DNA of 64,000 nt. Source: Candidatus Latescibacterota bacterium (lineage in GTDB: Bacteria > Latescibacterota > UBA2968). Below are positions 52,101-62,199 of this stretch, in pieces (positions within the stretch are counted from its first letter, which is position 1; the number at the start of each line of letters is the position of its first letter). Under the pieces are notes generated by a model. It was not told the DNA's origin. It was given only the letters and a program-made list of their open reading frames with translations, and made no database searches. Both the position numbers and the translations under genes were made by a program. Location: assembly GCA_965204745.1 (NCBI GenBank), contig OZ242010.1, forward strand, positions 3,744,001 to 3,808,000. Direction: 5' to 3'.

Positions 52101-53618
52101 ATGAGTACCGTGACCGCGACGCTGGCACACCCGTTGAGCACGGCGACGACGATCACTGTGCGCCCTGTGGCGGGTGCTTACACGGTGGGGACGGATTCGA
52201 CGATCACCATCGCGGCCGGGCAAACCGCGAACGCGTCGGACACGGTGGTCATCACAGCGGTGGACAACACCCAAGACGCGCCTAATCGCGACGTGGACAT
52301 GTCCGTTGTGGCGGGCAACGCCCAGGCAGTGTTCCTCTCGACTGTGATAACGATCACCGATGATGACGCGCCGCCGATGCTCTTGATCGATTCGCCGAGT
52401 GCGGTTGAGGGCACTGCCTTGACGTTCACCGTTAGATTGAATGCGGTGAGTGGCAAGGAGGTGACGGTGGCGTATGCAGACGCTGGCACGGGTAGCGCGA
52501 CTTCGGGGACGGATTACACCGCGCTTACCGCAGGAACCCTGACCTTCGCGGCGGGCACGACCATGACCAGCCAGACCTTCGCTATTTCTGTGACCGGCGA
52601 CACGGATGATGAGCCGAACGAGACCGTGATGGTGACTTTGAGCAACGCGGTCAATGCCACCTTTGATGGCGGGGCTACGAGCCTCACCGGCACCGGTACG
52701 ATTATCGACAACGATGGCATGCCTGCGCTGAGTATCGGTTCGCCAAGCGTGATTGAAGGCGCGACCGGCGCGACCCTGACCTTTCGGGTGTACCTACGCC
52801 CAGCGCACACGGCACAAGTGACGGTGGCGTATGCAGACGCTGGCACGGGCACCGCGACTTCGGGGACCGATTACACCGCGCTTACCGCAGGGACCCTGAC
52901 CTTCGCGGTAGGCGATACCATCCAGACCATCCCTGTTTCTGTGACCGACGACTCGGATGATGAGCCGAACGAGACCGTGATCGTGACGCTGAGCAGTGCG
53001 ACCAATGCGACCATAAGCACAGCGTAAGGCACCGGGACGATTATCGATGACGAAACCCCGAGTGCCAACTTGGATGTGGATGGCGATGGCCGGGTGAGAT
53101 TGTTCTCGGATATAATCCTGGTCATTCGATATGTCCTCTTCTTCCGGAACGAGGCCCTCCTCAGAGGGAACGTCATCGAGCCAACTGCCACGCGCACGAC
53201 CGCTCAAGAAATTGAACCCTACCTCGACACGTTGGTCAATCAGAACATTCTCGATGTGGATGGCGATGGCGATGTGAGGCTGTTCTCGGATATAATCCTG
53301 GTCATTCGATACGTCCTCTTCTTCCGGAACGAGGCCCTCCTCAGAGGGAACGTCATCGAGCGAAATGCTACGCGCAAGACCGCTCAAGAAATTGAACCCT
53401 ACCTCGACACGTTGGTCAATCAGAACATTCTCGATGTGGATGGCGATGGCGATGTGAGGCTGTTCTCGGATATAATCCTGATCATTCGATACGTCCTCTT
53501 TTTCCGGAACGAGGCCCTCGTCAGAGGGAACGTCATCGAGCAAAATGCTACGCGCACGACCGCTCAAGCCATTGAACCCTACATTCGAAACCTCTATCCC
53601 GACTCCCACTTCCAATGA
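49124..53618 (+). pseudogene. Large secreted adhesin-like protein (GLUG-type repeats, Calx-beta domains, three 60-aa Ca-binding repeats) with multiple lesions
   Basis: Signal peptide; DYD.DDDG and VGGLVG repeats; TSGTDYTALTAGTLTFA Calx-beta units. In-frame TAG at 49730, frameshifts near 49830 and 51550, in-frame TAA at 53025. Confidence 0.82.
53073..53585 (+). repeat. 180-bp coding tandem repeat x~3 (DVDGDG..)
   Basis: Units start at 53073, 53253 and 53433 and are nearly identical. Confidence 0.92.
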
Positions 53619-53809
53619 AAGCCTGTTCCCTGACCGCCACAGATGAAGATGGCGATGGCAATGTGAATTTCGCCGACTTCTTGACCTTTGCGGATAAGTT
53701 CGGCTCGCGGCTCGGACAGGAGCGATATGACGCCCGGTGCGATGGCGATGGTCAAATTGACTCTGCCGATTTCTTCATCTTCGCCGATAACTTTGGTTCG
53801 ACAGGCTGA
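53615..53809 (+). CDS. EF-hand/dockerin-like domain, probably the detached C-terminus of the adhesin
   Basis: DEDGDGNVNFADFLTFADKFG..DGDGQIDSADFFIFADNFG. Confidence 0.6.
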   Translation: MKACSLTATDEDGDGNVNFADFLTFADKFGSRLGQERYDARCDGDGQIDSADFFIFADNFGSTG

Positions 53810-53832
53810 CAAATGCGAAAGACGTGAAAGGG

Positions 53833-53876
53833 AAAAGTAAAGCCCGGGTTCCCAGTGAACTCGGGCTTTACTTTTT
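53833..53876. terminator. Bidirectional terminator
   Basis: aaaagtaaagcccg..cgggctttacttttt. Confidence 0.8.
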
Positions 53877-53885
53877 GGGAATTGG

Positions 53886-54258
53886 GTACCTACCCCCTGG
53901 CCCCGTTACTCGCTACGCTTCGTTGTAGGCTACGCCTGTGCCTACGAGGAAGGGGGAATGGCGAGAGGGATTGCGAGGGATTGCGCGAGCGGTTTTTGGA
54001 TTTCATGGCGTGATCCATTCGCCCAAAGCCATCAGAATAGCCCTGGATGCAAACCTTTAAGAAAGCCATGCGCTCCCCCTTTCCTGCGAGGAAGGGGGAA
54101 TGGCGAGCGGTTTTGCGAGGGGAATGGCGAGCGGTTTTTGGGGTTCATGGCGTGATCCATTCGCCCAAAGCCATCAGAATAGCCCTGGATGTAAACCTTT
54201 AAGAAAGCCATGCGCTCCCCCTTTCCTCGCAGGAAAGGGGGCCGGGAGGATAGGTCTA
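53886..54258. repeat. REP-like composite repeat, inverted relative to 48900-49008, with an internal ~140-bp duplication
   Basis: cctaccccctggccccgttactcgctacgcttcgttgtaggctacgcctgtg..; the block ttcatggcgtgatccattcgcccaaagcc occurs twice. Confidence 0.85.
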
Positions 54259-54278
54259 TGGCGGTGGGGATGTGTGGG

Positions 54279-54327
54279 GTAATCCGCGTAATCCGCGTAA
54301 TCCGCGTAATCCGTTTAATCCGCGATT
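54279..54327. repeat. Nonamer microsatellite (AATCCGCGT)n
   Basis: Three perfect and two degenerate units. Confidence 0.85.
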
Positions 54328-54351
54328 CAGACACGGCCGGGAGGTGAGGCA

Positions 54352-55518
54352 TCACAATTTGAATGGTTCGCGCTCGGTTTGGGCGAGGGTTTGCGCGATG
54401 AGGGGGGCGAGGTCGAGGGAGGATTCAATGGCGTGGACTTTTTGTAAATCCGCGTGCGTTTCCGGGTGTTTGGGCACGAAGACCGAGCAACAATCCTCGT
54501 AGGGTTCGATAGAGATATCATAGGTGCCGATGCGCCGAGCAAGCGCGATGATCTCTTCCTTGTTGTCGCCGGCCAATGGGCGCAGGATGGGTAGCGCGGT
54601 CACTTCTTCGATGGCGCGCAGGTTCGACAGGGTTTGCGATGCGACTTGACCGACGTTTTCGCCGGTGACGAGTGCTTGGGCATCCACCTTTTTGGCGATG
54701 GCTTCTGCGATCCGCAACATCGCGCGGCGGTAGAGAATGACGCGATAACTCGCGGGCGCGCGCATCATAATTTGGCGTTGAATTTCCACGAAGGGGACGA
54801 GGTACAAGTCCGACGCGAATTGATGCCGGTTGAGGAGGCGCACGATGTCTTCGGTATTGCGCTGGGAATTGCGATTGGTGTAGGGCTGGCTGTGGAAATG
54901 CACGTACGTCAGGGTGACGCCGCGCTTCATCAATTTGTAAGACGCCACGGGCGAGTCGATCCCGGACGAGATGAGGCTGACAGCGCGTTCCCCCGTACCC
55001 ACGGGCAACCCCCCGGGTGCGGGGATTTTTTTTGCATAGACAAAGATGCGTTGCGGGGCGATTTCAATAAAACAAGTGAGATCCGGCGCGTCCATCTGCA
55101 CGCGCGCGCCGGAAAGGGTTTGGATGTGATGGCCCACGTCTCGATTGATTTGCTCGGAATTGAGCGGAAAGGTTTTGTCCCCGCGCTTGGTCACAATTTT
55201 GAAGGATGCGAACTCGGCTTTTTGTGCCAGTGCCCAAGCGGTTTCCCGGATGGCTTCCATCTCGCGTTCTACGACCACAGCCTCGGAAAAATTGGCGATG
55301 CCAAAGACCGTTGCGAGCCGCTCGCAGATCACCTCGGTCGGCGATTCCGGGGTGAGCGCGAGCATCATCCGGCCCGACAGGCGTTGCACATTCCCGCGCG
55401 GCAACCCTTTGAGCGCGCGGTCGATGTTGGTCATCAGGCGCCGTTCAAATCTGCCCCGATTTTTGCCCTTGAGGCCGATTTCGTGATAGTGGATGAGCAT
55501 GAAGCGGTCGTTGTTCAT
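54352..55518 (-). CDS. thiI: tRNA 4-thiouridine synthase ThiI (no rhodanese domain)
   Basis: HEIGLKGKNR, THUMP domain, SSGIDSPVA, GQVASQT and EDCC motifs. Confidence 0.94.
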   Translation of the reverse strand: MNNDRFMLIHYHEIGLKGKNRGRFERRLMTNIDRALKGLPRGNVQRLSGRMMLALTPESPTEVICERLATVFGIANFSEAVVVEREMEAIRETAWALAQKAEFASFKIVTKRGDKTFPLNSEQINRDVGHHIQTLSGARVQMDAPDLTCFIEIAPQRIFVYAKKIPAPGGLPVGTGERAVSLISSGIDSPVASYKLMKRGVTLTYVHFHSQPYTNRNSQRNTEDIVRLLNRHQFASDLYLVPFVEIQRQIMMRAPASYRVILYRRAMLRIAEAIAKKVDAQALVTGENVGQVASQTLSNLRAIEEVTALPILRPLAGDNKEEIIALARRIGTYDISIEPYEDCCSVFVPKHPETHADLQKVHAIESSLDLAPLIAQTLAQTEREPFKL

Positions 55519-57089
55519 AGTCGAGTCGTCGAGAATGGATCGCGCTGGAGAACGACGAGGGTGATATCGTCTGTGCGCCGCGCATCGCCGATAAAAGAGG
55601 TGACCTCTGCGACCAAGTCGTCGATCAAATCCGCGGGCTGTCGGGAGGGGAGGGCGCGCTCGAGGCGGCGAACAAATCGGTCGTCGTCAAAAAAGTCGCG
55701 CTGGGCATTTTGCGCTTCCACGACGCCATCGGAATAGAGCACCAAGCGATCCCCCGGGTTCAGGGTGAGATGGATTGTGCGATAAGGCGTTTCTGGCCGC
55801 ACGACTGCGGGAATGCCCAAGGGATAGCCCGTGAGATCGAGAAATTGAGAGTGCTTGGAAAGATGAATCGGCGGGCAGTGCCCCGCGCTTGCGATAGTGA
55901 CCTCGGCGGTGGTTGTGTCGAGCACGGCGATGCAACAAGTGATAAACGTGGCGGCTTCAATCTGACCTTCGAGCGACGCGTTTAGCCCATCGAGAATATC
56001 CCCCGGCGCGGTGCGATTTTGGCATTCGTAGCGCAGCATCTCATTAAAACGCACGGCTGTCACCGCCGCTTCCATCGCTTTGCCAGAGACGTCGGCAACC
56101 ACGATGCCGAGTTTTGTCTGCTCGTCGTCCAAATAGCGGTACGCATAGTAGTCCCCACCCACGCTGTTGGCCGGGATGCACGTCCCTGCAAGTTCAAACC
56201 CGGGCAGTTCTGGACTCGATTGCGGCAACAGGCTCATTTGCATGTCGTGCGCGGTTTGCAACTCGTCTCGCATTTCTGAAAATTGTTGTTTGTAGTCCTC
56301 CCACTGCCGGCCTTCTTCGCACAGGGTTTGGTTGTACGCGGATGCCACGATGCCGAGGGACAGGGGTTGAAACAGGAGGAAAATGCAGACTTGAACGAGG
56401 GTATTGGCGGCGACCTGCCCGATGAGCACAACAGCACCCCCGAGAATCCCAAGCGAGGCGAGGATGAGGGCGAAGTGCCGGAAAAAGCCATAGCGTTCAA
56501 CGGCCTTGCGGCTTTCCACATGGGCTTCGTCGACGTGCATGCCGCGGTCCGCGGCCAGCAGGTAGATGTAGAAACACTTGACGACAAAAATGAGGCCGGG
56601 CAAAAATAACAGGCATGACGCCAACACAGATGCGTAAAACAGGATGTTCCGCTCCGCCAAAAATCGTTCGATATGCTCTGGCCCAATGGCGATGACCCAA
56701 GGCGTTTCTCGGGCGATATCTTGCTTGAACGCATTGAACAGGAGCGCAAACGCATCGCTATTCAAAAACACCGGCACTGCGATAATGAGCACGCCGAGAA
56801 TGAAAAACAGCAGCACAAAAATGTTCATCGAAAAAAAGCGGGCGAACCGGATGAGTTGCCCAAACAGATCGCGCAAGTGGGGTTTCTCGCCTTGGTGGGC
56901 GCGCAAAATCATCATGGCAAACCCCGCGTACAGGCTGCCCAAAAGCAGGGTGCCGGACAGCACACTCAGGAGCGTCGCCAAAAATGACGCCAAAAACAAG
57001 ATGGGCAGATGGCTCGCCCAAGTGGAGAGGCTGTCGCTGAGACAGCGAAAGAATCGGAGGTTTGCCCGAACGGGAATGTCGAAAGCCAT
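55515..57089 (-). CDS. Multi-TM protein fused to a SpoIIE/PP2C phosphatase
   Basis: VGGDYY, ADVSGK, SAGH, YSDGVVEA and DDIT motifs. Confidence 0.88.
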   Translation of the reverse strand: MAFDIPVRANLRFFRCLSDSLSTWASHLPILFLASFLATLLSVLSGTLLLGSLYAGFAMMILRAHQGEKPHLRDLFGQLIRFARFFSMNIFVLLFFILGVLIIAVPVFLNSDAFALLFNAFKQDIARETPWVIAIGPEHIERFLAERNILFYASVLASCLLFLPGLIFVVKCFYIYLLAADRGMHVDEAHVESRKAVERYGFFRHFALILASLGILGGAVVLIGQVAANTLVQVCIFLLFQPLSLGIVASAYNQTLCEEGRQWEDYKQQFSEMRDELQTAHDMQMSLLPQSSPELPGFELAGTCIPANSVGGDYYAYRYLDDEQTKLGIVVADVSGKAMEAAVTAVRFNEMLRYECQNRTAPGDILDGLNASLEGQIEAATFITCCIAVLDTTTAEVTIASAGHCPPIHLSKHSQFLDLTGYPLGIPAVVRPETPYRTIHLTLNPGDRLVLYSDGVVEAQNAQRDFFDDDRFVRRLERALPSRQPADLIDDLVAEVTSFIGDARRTDDITLVVLQRDPFSTTRL

Positions 57090-57171
57090 GGGAGTTGTCA
57101 GTTGTCAGTTGTCAGGCCGCCCCGCCCTGCGAACCCGCAAGCGAGACGTGAGACGTGAGATGGAAGTTTAT

Positions 57172-57604
57172 TAGGTTGTGTTGACATTTCATTTTTTGAC
57201 GTTACGCACAGAGTAGCAACTGTGTTGCTTGCTCATTTAAGGCGTTTGGTCCTTTGATGGCTTATATCTCTAGTTGCTCTGATGGCGTGGCGCGAGGGGA
57301 CCTATCCCCCGGCCCCTTTCCTACGAGGAAAGGGGAGTAAAGCTCCTTTGATGGCTTCTCGCTCTGGGTTGCTCTGATGGCGTGGCGCGAGGGCATAAAG
57401 CGATTAAATATCCCTCATCAATCCCCTCGCAAAACCGCTCACAGTTCCCCCCTTCCTCGCAGGAAGGGGGGTTAGGGGGGTAGGTCCCGATAAGGAGCGA
57501 CTGTTCCAGTTTCTCAAATCGAGAGCATATCCTGCGATAGGGCTTGATCTTCTCGATAAATCGCTCAAGCCAGTTGCTTTGCTCGTAAATGTCAACAGAA
57601 CCTA
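57172..57604 (-). mobile_element. Non-autonomous IS5 (IS427-like) MITE with a transposase remnant and nested REP-like palindromes
   Basis: 17/18 inverted repeats taggttgtgttgacattt / aaatgtcaacagaaccta with TA at both ends. Minus strand encodes YEQSNWLERFIEKIKPYRRICSRFEK. Confidence 0.72.
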
Positions 57605-57759
57605 GCCACAAAAGGCACGAGCGGGGTACAATGGCGATAGCCAGTTCAAAGGCGAGCAGTGAGGGTGGGGCTTCTCCCGTCTTGCCTCTCACCTCTCACC
57701 TTTTTAGATGCCCCCGTGCTCGCCCGAAGATACAAGATGTAGGAAAGCCGCACAGCAGT

Positions 57760-59172
57760 CTAAGGTTTTTCTTTGTTCAACTTGTACTTGCGGTACAAGT
57801 GGCGGAATTGGTCGTAGCTGAGTTTGAGTTGGTCGGCGGCTTTGCGTTGGCTCCAGGAGACGTCGTGGAGAACGCGGCGCAACAGGCCGAGTTCAAAGGA
57901 TCGCACCTGTGCTTCAAATCCACTGTCCATGCCGACGGATGCGGGCGCGTGTTGGGCCACTTCGGGCGGCAGGTCGCCGGGTTCTATCGCAGTGCCACGC
58001 GCCACACACGCGGCGCGTTCAACTGCAAATTTGAGTTCGCGCACATTGCCCGGCCAGCGATACGCCATCAGGTGTTCCATTGCCGAATCGGAAAATTCGC
58101 GCTGTTGAAGGCCGGGGACTTCCCCGACGATTTGCGCGACGAAATAATGGGCCAATGGGGGAATGTCTTCGCGGCGTTCGCGCAACGGGGGGATCCGCAA
58201 CACCTCAAAGCGCAAGCGGTCGTAGAGGTCTTGGCGGAATCGGCCCTCGGCAATCTCGGTTTCGAGATCGGCATTGGTCGCGGTAATCACGCGCACGTCG
58301 GGCAAAGCAATGGGCACCGCGCTGCCCACGCGCTGAATTTCGCCGTATTCGATGGCGCGCAGTATGTTTTGCTGAAACTCGGGCGTGGTATTGCCAATTT
58401 CGTCGAGGAATATCGTGCCCCCGCGCGCGGCTTCAAATTTGCCCGGGCGGGCTTCTGTGGCGCCGGTATAAGCCCCTTTCTCGTGCCCGAAGAGTTCGCT
58501 TTGCAACAACTGATCCGCAAGGGCCGCGCAGTTGACTTTGACAAAGGGCCGATCCTTGCGCGCACCGCCGTAGTGGATGGCAGCGGCGACGAGTTCCTTG
58601 CCAGTGCCGGGTTCGCCCACGATGAGCGCGGGCCGAGGGATGGGCGCGACGGTTTGGGCTTGTTGGAGAATGTGTCGAAATTTCGCGCTGTTGCCGATGA
58701 TCCGATACCGCTTGCCAAATTCGTCTCGGTAAAATTGGTTTTCCCGGCCCAAGTCCTGAACTTCGGCGCGCAGTTGGGCGTTTTCCCGGAGTGCGCGATA
58801 CACGCGGTCGAGTTTTTTGACGCTGAGTTCAATTTTGTCTTCCAAGTAAAAATCTTTTTCAATAAAGTCCGTCGCCCCCAGGCGCAACGCGGCCACGGCC
58901 GTATCTATGGTGCCTTGCCCAGTCAGCATGATGATGGGCAAATCCGGCACGGCGTCGAGCATCTGCGGCAAAATCTCGAGGCCATCGGGTTGGTCAGGCC
59001 CGAAGTCGAGGTCGAGAATCACGAGGCCGATGCGGTCCGGATGCTGCTCGAGATAGGCCAACGCCTCGCAGGCAGTTGAAAATGCCTGTACCCTGCGCGT
59101 GTCGCTTTGCAGGGTTTCGATCAGCATGTCGAGGACTTCGATTTGGTCGTCTGCAACGATAATTTCGGTCAT
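57760..59172 (-). CDS. sigma54-dependent response regulator (REC-AAA+-HTH) with PspF-like HTH
   Basis: REC domain (VADD, LDLD), GEPGTGKE, SELFGHEKGAYTGA, WPGNVREL and QRKAADQLKLSYDQFR. Confidence 0.92.
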   Translation of the reverse strand: MTEIIVADDQIEVLDMLIETLQSDTRRVQAFSTACEALAYLEQHPDRIGLVILDLDFGPDQPDGLEILPQMLDAVPDLPIIMLTGQGTIDTAVAALRLGATDFIEKDFYLEDKIELSVKKLDRVYRALRENAQLRAEVQDLGRENQFYRDEFGKRYRIIGNSAKFRHILQQAQTVAPIPRPALIVGEPGTGKELVAAAIHYGGARKDRPFVKVNCAALADQLLQSELFGHEKGAYTGATEARPGKFEAARGGTIFLDEIGNTTPEFQQNILRAIEYGEIQRVGSAVPIALPDVRVITATNADLETEIAEGRFRQDLYDRLRFEVLRIPPLRERREDIPPLAHYFVAQIVGEVPGLQQREFSDSAMEHLMAYRWPGNVRELKFAVERAACVARGTAIEPGDLPPEVAQHAPASVGMDSGFEAQVRSFELGLLRRVLHDVSWSQRKAADQLKLSYDQFRHLYRKYKLNKEKP

Positions 59173-59204
59173 GGGAGTTTCGCCACAACAGGTGAAGGCG
59201 TGAA

Positions 59205-60458
59205 CTATGGAATAAACTCTTCGGCGATGGGATCGCGGGAGATGTCGGTGACGCTGTGTTGGAGGCCAATGCTGTCTTTGCGGGCAGAGACCTCGAAATC
59301 CACGGGCAGATCGATGCGAAAAACCGCCCCCGCGCCCGGGCGGCTGATCACGCGCAACGTGCCCCGATGCGCTGCGGCAATGCGCGCACAGATGCTCAAG
59401 CCATAGCCATTGCCGCGTTTTCGCGTTGAAAACCCAGGGTCAAAAATGCGCGTTTGCAAATGTTCGGGAATGCCGGGGCCATTGTCTTCCACCTCGACAT
59501 AGACCGACCCGCGTTCTGTATCTGCGCCGACTTGGACCGTTACCCGGCCGCCGGTTTCAATGGCTTCGAGGGCGTTGAGGGTGAGATTGGTCACGGCTTC
59601 GGACAGCATGCCTGCATCCGCTTTGACCTGCGGCACTTGCGGTTCGGCGGCAAAGGCGATTTCCCCGTGGCCTGCGCGGGTTGCGAGTTTGTCGGTCGTT
59701 TGCGCCGCGAGTTGCACCACATCGACCAACGAGGGGTTCAGCGCGTCTTGCTTCATCGACCGCAAGTACGCCACCCATTGGTTGTAGATGTGTTCTTGCT
59801 CGCGCGCGATGTCTTTCAAATCGTCGAGGCCACAGGTGTGCAATGGCAACTTGCGGATCGTGCGGCGCATGCGGCTACCGGAAAGCCCCATCAGGTTCTT
59901 GATGCGGTGCCCGTGCGTGTACAGGCTTTCGTACACCTGGGCGCGGCCCAAGTCGATGAGCTCGAGAGACAAGCGGGCGAGGATGCTCGGCGCGCGGACG
60001 CCAAATTCCTCGGTGATGCTCGCGTATTCGCTTTCCATTTGCGTGGGGGTCATGGATTGAAAGAGCAACCGCGCGAGGTTGCGATAGGGCAACATGTAAT
60101 CGGGTTCGAGGTGGATGGCGATTTTGAGTTCGCCCAAGGCCGACAGAATTTGCCCATTTTGCATGAGCAAAACCCCGAGGTTGTTGTGCCCGGGCGCGAA
60201 GAGAGGGTCGGCCTCCAACCCCCTGCGATAAACCGCAATGGCACGCGCGGTGTTTTCCGGCAAGTCGTCGAGCAGGCTACCCAACAAAAAACACGCACGG
60301 TCGAGAAAGGCACACGCGCCGCCCTGCTCGCTGTGGTCGAGAATGGCTTCGAGGTGTTCAACGGCTTTTTTGAAGTCATCCGACCCCGGCGTCGCGCCGC
60401 GTGCATGTTGCAAAGCCCGTTGGAAACGGGCTTCGATAGTGTGTTGGTCGTTGGACAT
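59205..60458 (-). CDS. Soluble TPR-containing histidine kinase
   Basis: TPR motifs (GHNNLG, YRNLA), atypical H-box HRIKN, NLTLNALEA, DNGPG, GNGYGL; no TM helix. Confidence 0.85.
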   Translation of the reverse strand: MSNDQHTIEARFQRALQHARGATPGSDDFKKAVEHLEAILDHSEQGGACAFLDRACFLLGSLLDDLPENTARAIAVYRRGLEADPLFAPGHNNLGVLLMQNGQILSALGELKIAIHLEPDYMLPYRNLARLLFQSMTPTQMESEYASITEEFGVRAPSILARLSLELIDLGRAQVYESLYTHGHRIKNLMGLSGSRMRRTIRKLPLHTCGLDDLKDIAREQEHIYNQWVAYLRSMKQDALNPSLVDVVQLAAQTTDKLATRAGHGEIAFAAEPQVPQVKADAGMLSEAVTNLTLNALEAIETGGRVTVQVGADTERGSVYVEVEDNGPGIPEHLQTRIFDPGFSTRKRGNGYGLSICARIAAAHRGTLRVISRPGAGAVFRIDLPVDFEVSARKDSIGLQHSVTDISRDPIAEEFIP

Positions 60459-60471
60459 TTTTTGATGATTT

Positions 60472-60592
60472 GCCACAAAAGGCACAAAAGGCACAATGCT
60501 TTGCCACAAAAGGCACAAAAGGCACAGAAGGCACAAAAGATGAATCGGCTTTTTGTGCTCTTGTGCTTTTTGTGGCTATCGGTTTTATGTGG
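60472..60592. repeat. Nonamer palindromic repeat (GGCACAAAA)n
   Basis: Same family as 22637-22812. Confidence 0.85.
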
Positions 60593-60598
60593 CGACAC

Positions 60599-62179
60599 CT
60601 AGTTGTCTTTTGAAGCATCGGACTTGCCATTTTCCCCAGCCGCTTGGTCGGCGTTCATTTTGCCCAAGAACTCGGGCAGTTCAAGGCCGGCCAAGCGCGC
60701 GAGGTCGTGCATGGGGGGCAATGCGCCCATCAGGCGTTGCCCGAGGTTGGACATGCCGCTGTCGCCATTGCCACCGTCCCACACCATCACTTTGTCGATG
60801 GGCAGGTTGCGAATGGCTTCGGCTTGGATGGTGGCGACTTCGGTGAGGCGTTCGATGATCAGGAAGGCGGCGGCGGCTTGATCGTTGTCGCCACACGCGG
60901 CGACGAGTTGTTTGTACCCCTCGGCCTTGGCGTTGAGAATGGCCTGCGTGCCTTGGGCCTCGGCCTGTTTTTGCGCGAGAATGGCCGCGGCTTCGCCTTC
61001 GGCAATCAGTTGTCGCTGCGCTTTTTCCGCTTCGGCGTCCACGACTTGGCGTTGTTTTTCCGCCTCGGCCTGCACTACGATTTCCGCGCGCAACCGCGCT
61101 TCTTCGCGCAATGCGCGGGCGTCTTCAGCGTCTTTTTCCGCGGTCTCTTGGGCCACGCGAACCGCGCCATCTGTGGCTTTGGTGGCTTCTTCGGATTTTC
61201 GGCGCGCGCCTTCTTCTGCGACGCGCTGTTCTGCGCGATACCCGGCTTTTTTCGCCTCGGCCTCGGTTTCCGATTGCACGGCTTCGGCTTCGAGAGACGC
61301 GACGTTTTGACGCTTGTCGCGCCCGGCCTCGGCTTCGCCAATTTCGGCTTGGGATTCGAGCGTGGCAACTTGTCGGCGTCTGTCGCGCGCGGCTTCGGCT
61401 TCGCCCACTTCGGCCTCTGATTCGAGTGCGGCAACCTGTCGGCGTCTGTCGCGCGCGGCTTCGGCTTCGCCCACTTCGGCCTCTGATTCGGCTGCTGCGA
61501 CATCTCGCCGCCTGTCGCGGGCGCGTTCTGCCACGCCGACTTGCCCGTGCCGCTCTTGTTCTGCCACGTCAATGGCCGCCTGATTCACGGCTTCGGCAGC
61601 GGCTTTTTGACCGATGGCTTTGATGTACCCGCTTTCGTCGTCGATGTCCTTGATGTTGACGTTGATCACGGACAAGCCGATTTTTTCCATCTCCGTGGAA
61701 ACGGCTTCATTGACTTTTGCCATAAATGCCTGACGGTCGCGGTTGATTTCCTCGATCTGCATGGTGGCAATCACCGCGCGCATCTGCCCGAGGATGATGT
61801 CTTGCGATTGGCTTTGGATCTTTTCTCGGGACAGGCCCAAGAGGCGAATGGCCGCGTTTTGCATGATCCCGGACTGGTTGGAAATGGCCGCCGTGACTGT
61901 GGTGGGCACGGATATGCGGATGTTTTCCTGCGAAAGCGCGTTGTCCAAATTGATGGGCACGACAAAGGGTTCGAGGTCGAGGTATTCGTAATCCTGCAAC
62001 AGGGGCAGGACGAACGCCGCGCCGCCGTGAACGCATTTCGAGGCTGACTCGCCACCTGTTTTGCCGTAGATGACGAGAATTTTGTTCGACGGACAACGCT
62101 TGTACCGCGAGATAAAGGTGAGGAACAGCAGAAAGACAACGGTTCCCAAAATGAGGGTGAGAATGAGTTCGGTAGGCAT
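60599..62179 (-). CDS. Flotillin/SPFH domain protein
   Basis: TM helix, SRYKRCPSNKILVIYG, SPFH core, EA-rich flotillin coil with about four 22-aa repeats. Confidence 0.92.
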   Translation of the reverse strand: MPTELILTLILGTVVFLLFLTFISRYKRCPSNKILVIYGKTGGESASKCVHGGAAFVLPLLQDYEYLDLEPFVVPINLDNALSQENIRISVPTTVTAAISNQSGIMQNAAIRLLGLSREKIQSQSQDIILGQMRAVIATMQIEEINRDRQAFMAKVNEAVSTEMEKIGLSVINVNIKDIDDESGYIKAIGQKAAAEAVNQAAIDVAEQERHGQVGVAERARDRRRDVAAAESEAEVGEAEAARDRRRQVAALESEAEVGEAEAARDRRRQVATLESQAEIGEAEAGRDKRQNVASLEAEAVQSETEAEAKKAGYRAEQRVAEEGARRKSEEATKATDGAVRVAQETAEKDAEDARALREEARLRAEIVVQAEAEKQRQVVDAEAEKAQRQLIAEGEAAAILAQKQAEAQGTQAILNAKAEGYKQLVAACGDNDQAAAAFLIIERLTEVATIQAEAIRNLPIDKVMVWDGGNGDSGMSNLGQRLMGALPPMHDLARLAGLELPEFLGKMNADQAAGENGKSDASKDN

Positions 62180-62199
62180 AGCCCCTCCCGTGGTGAGAA

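Noticed and set aside
49730-53027. Stop-codon read-through or recoding in the adhesin
   Set aside because: Two different stop codons plus frameshifts, and TAG/TAA end normal genes elsewhere in the window. Decay is the simpler explanation.
53073-53585. 180-bp repeats as a CRISPR array or a DGR template/variable pair
   Set aside because: In-frame coding repeats with few differences that are not adenine-specific; no reverse transcriptase nearby.
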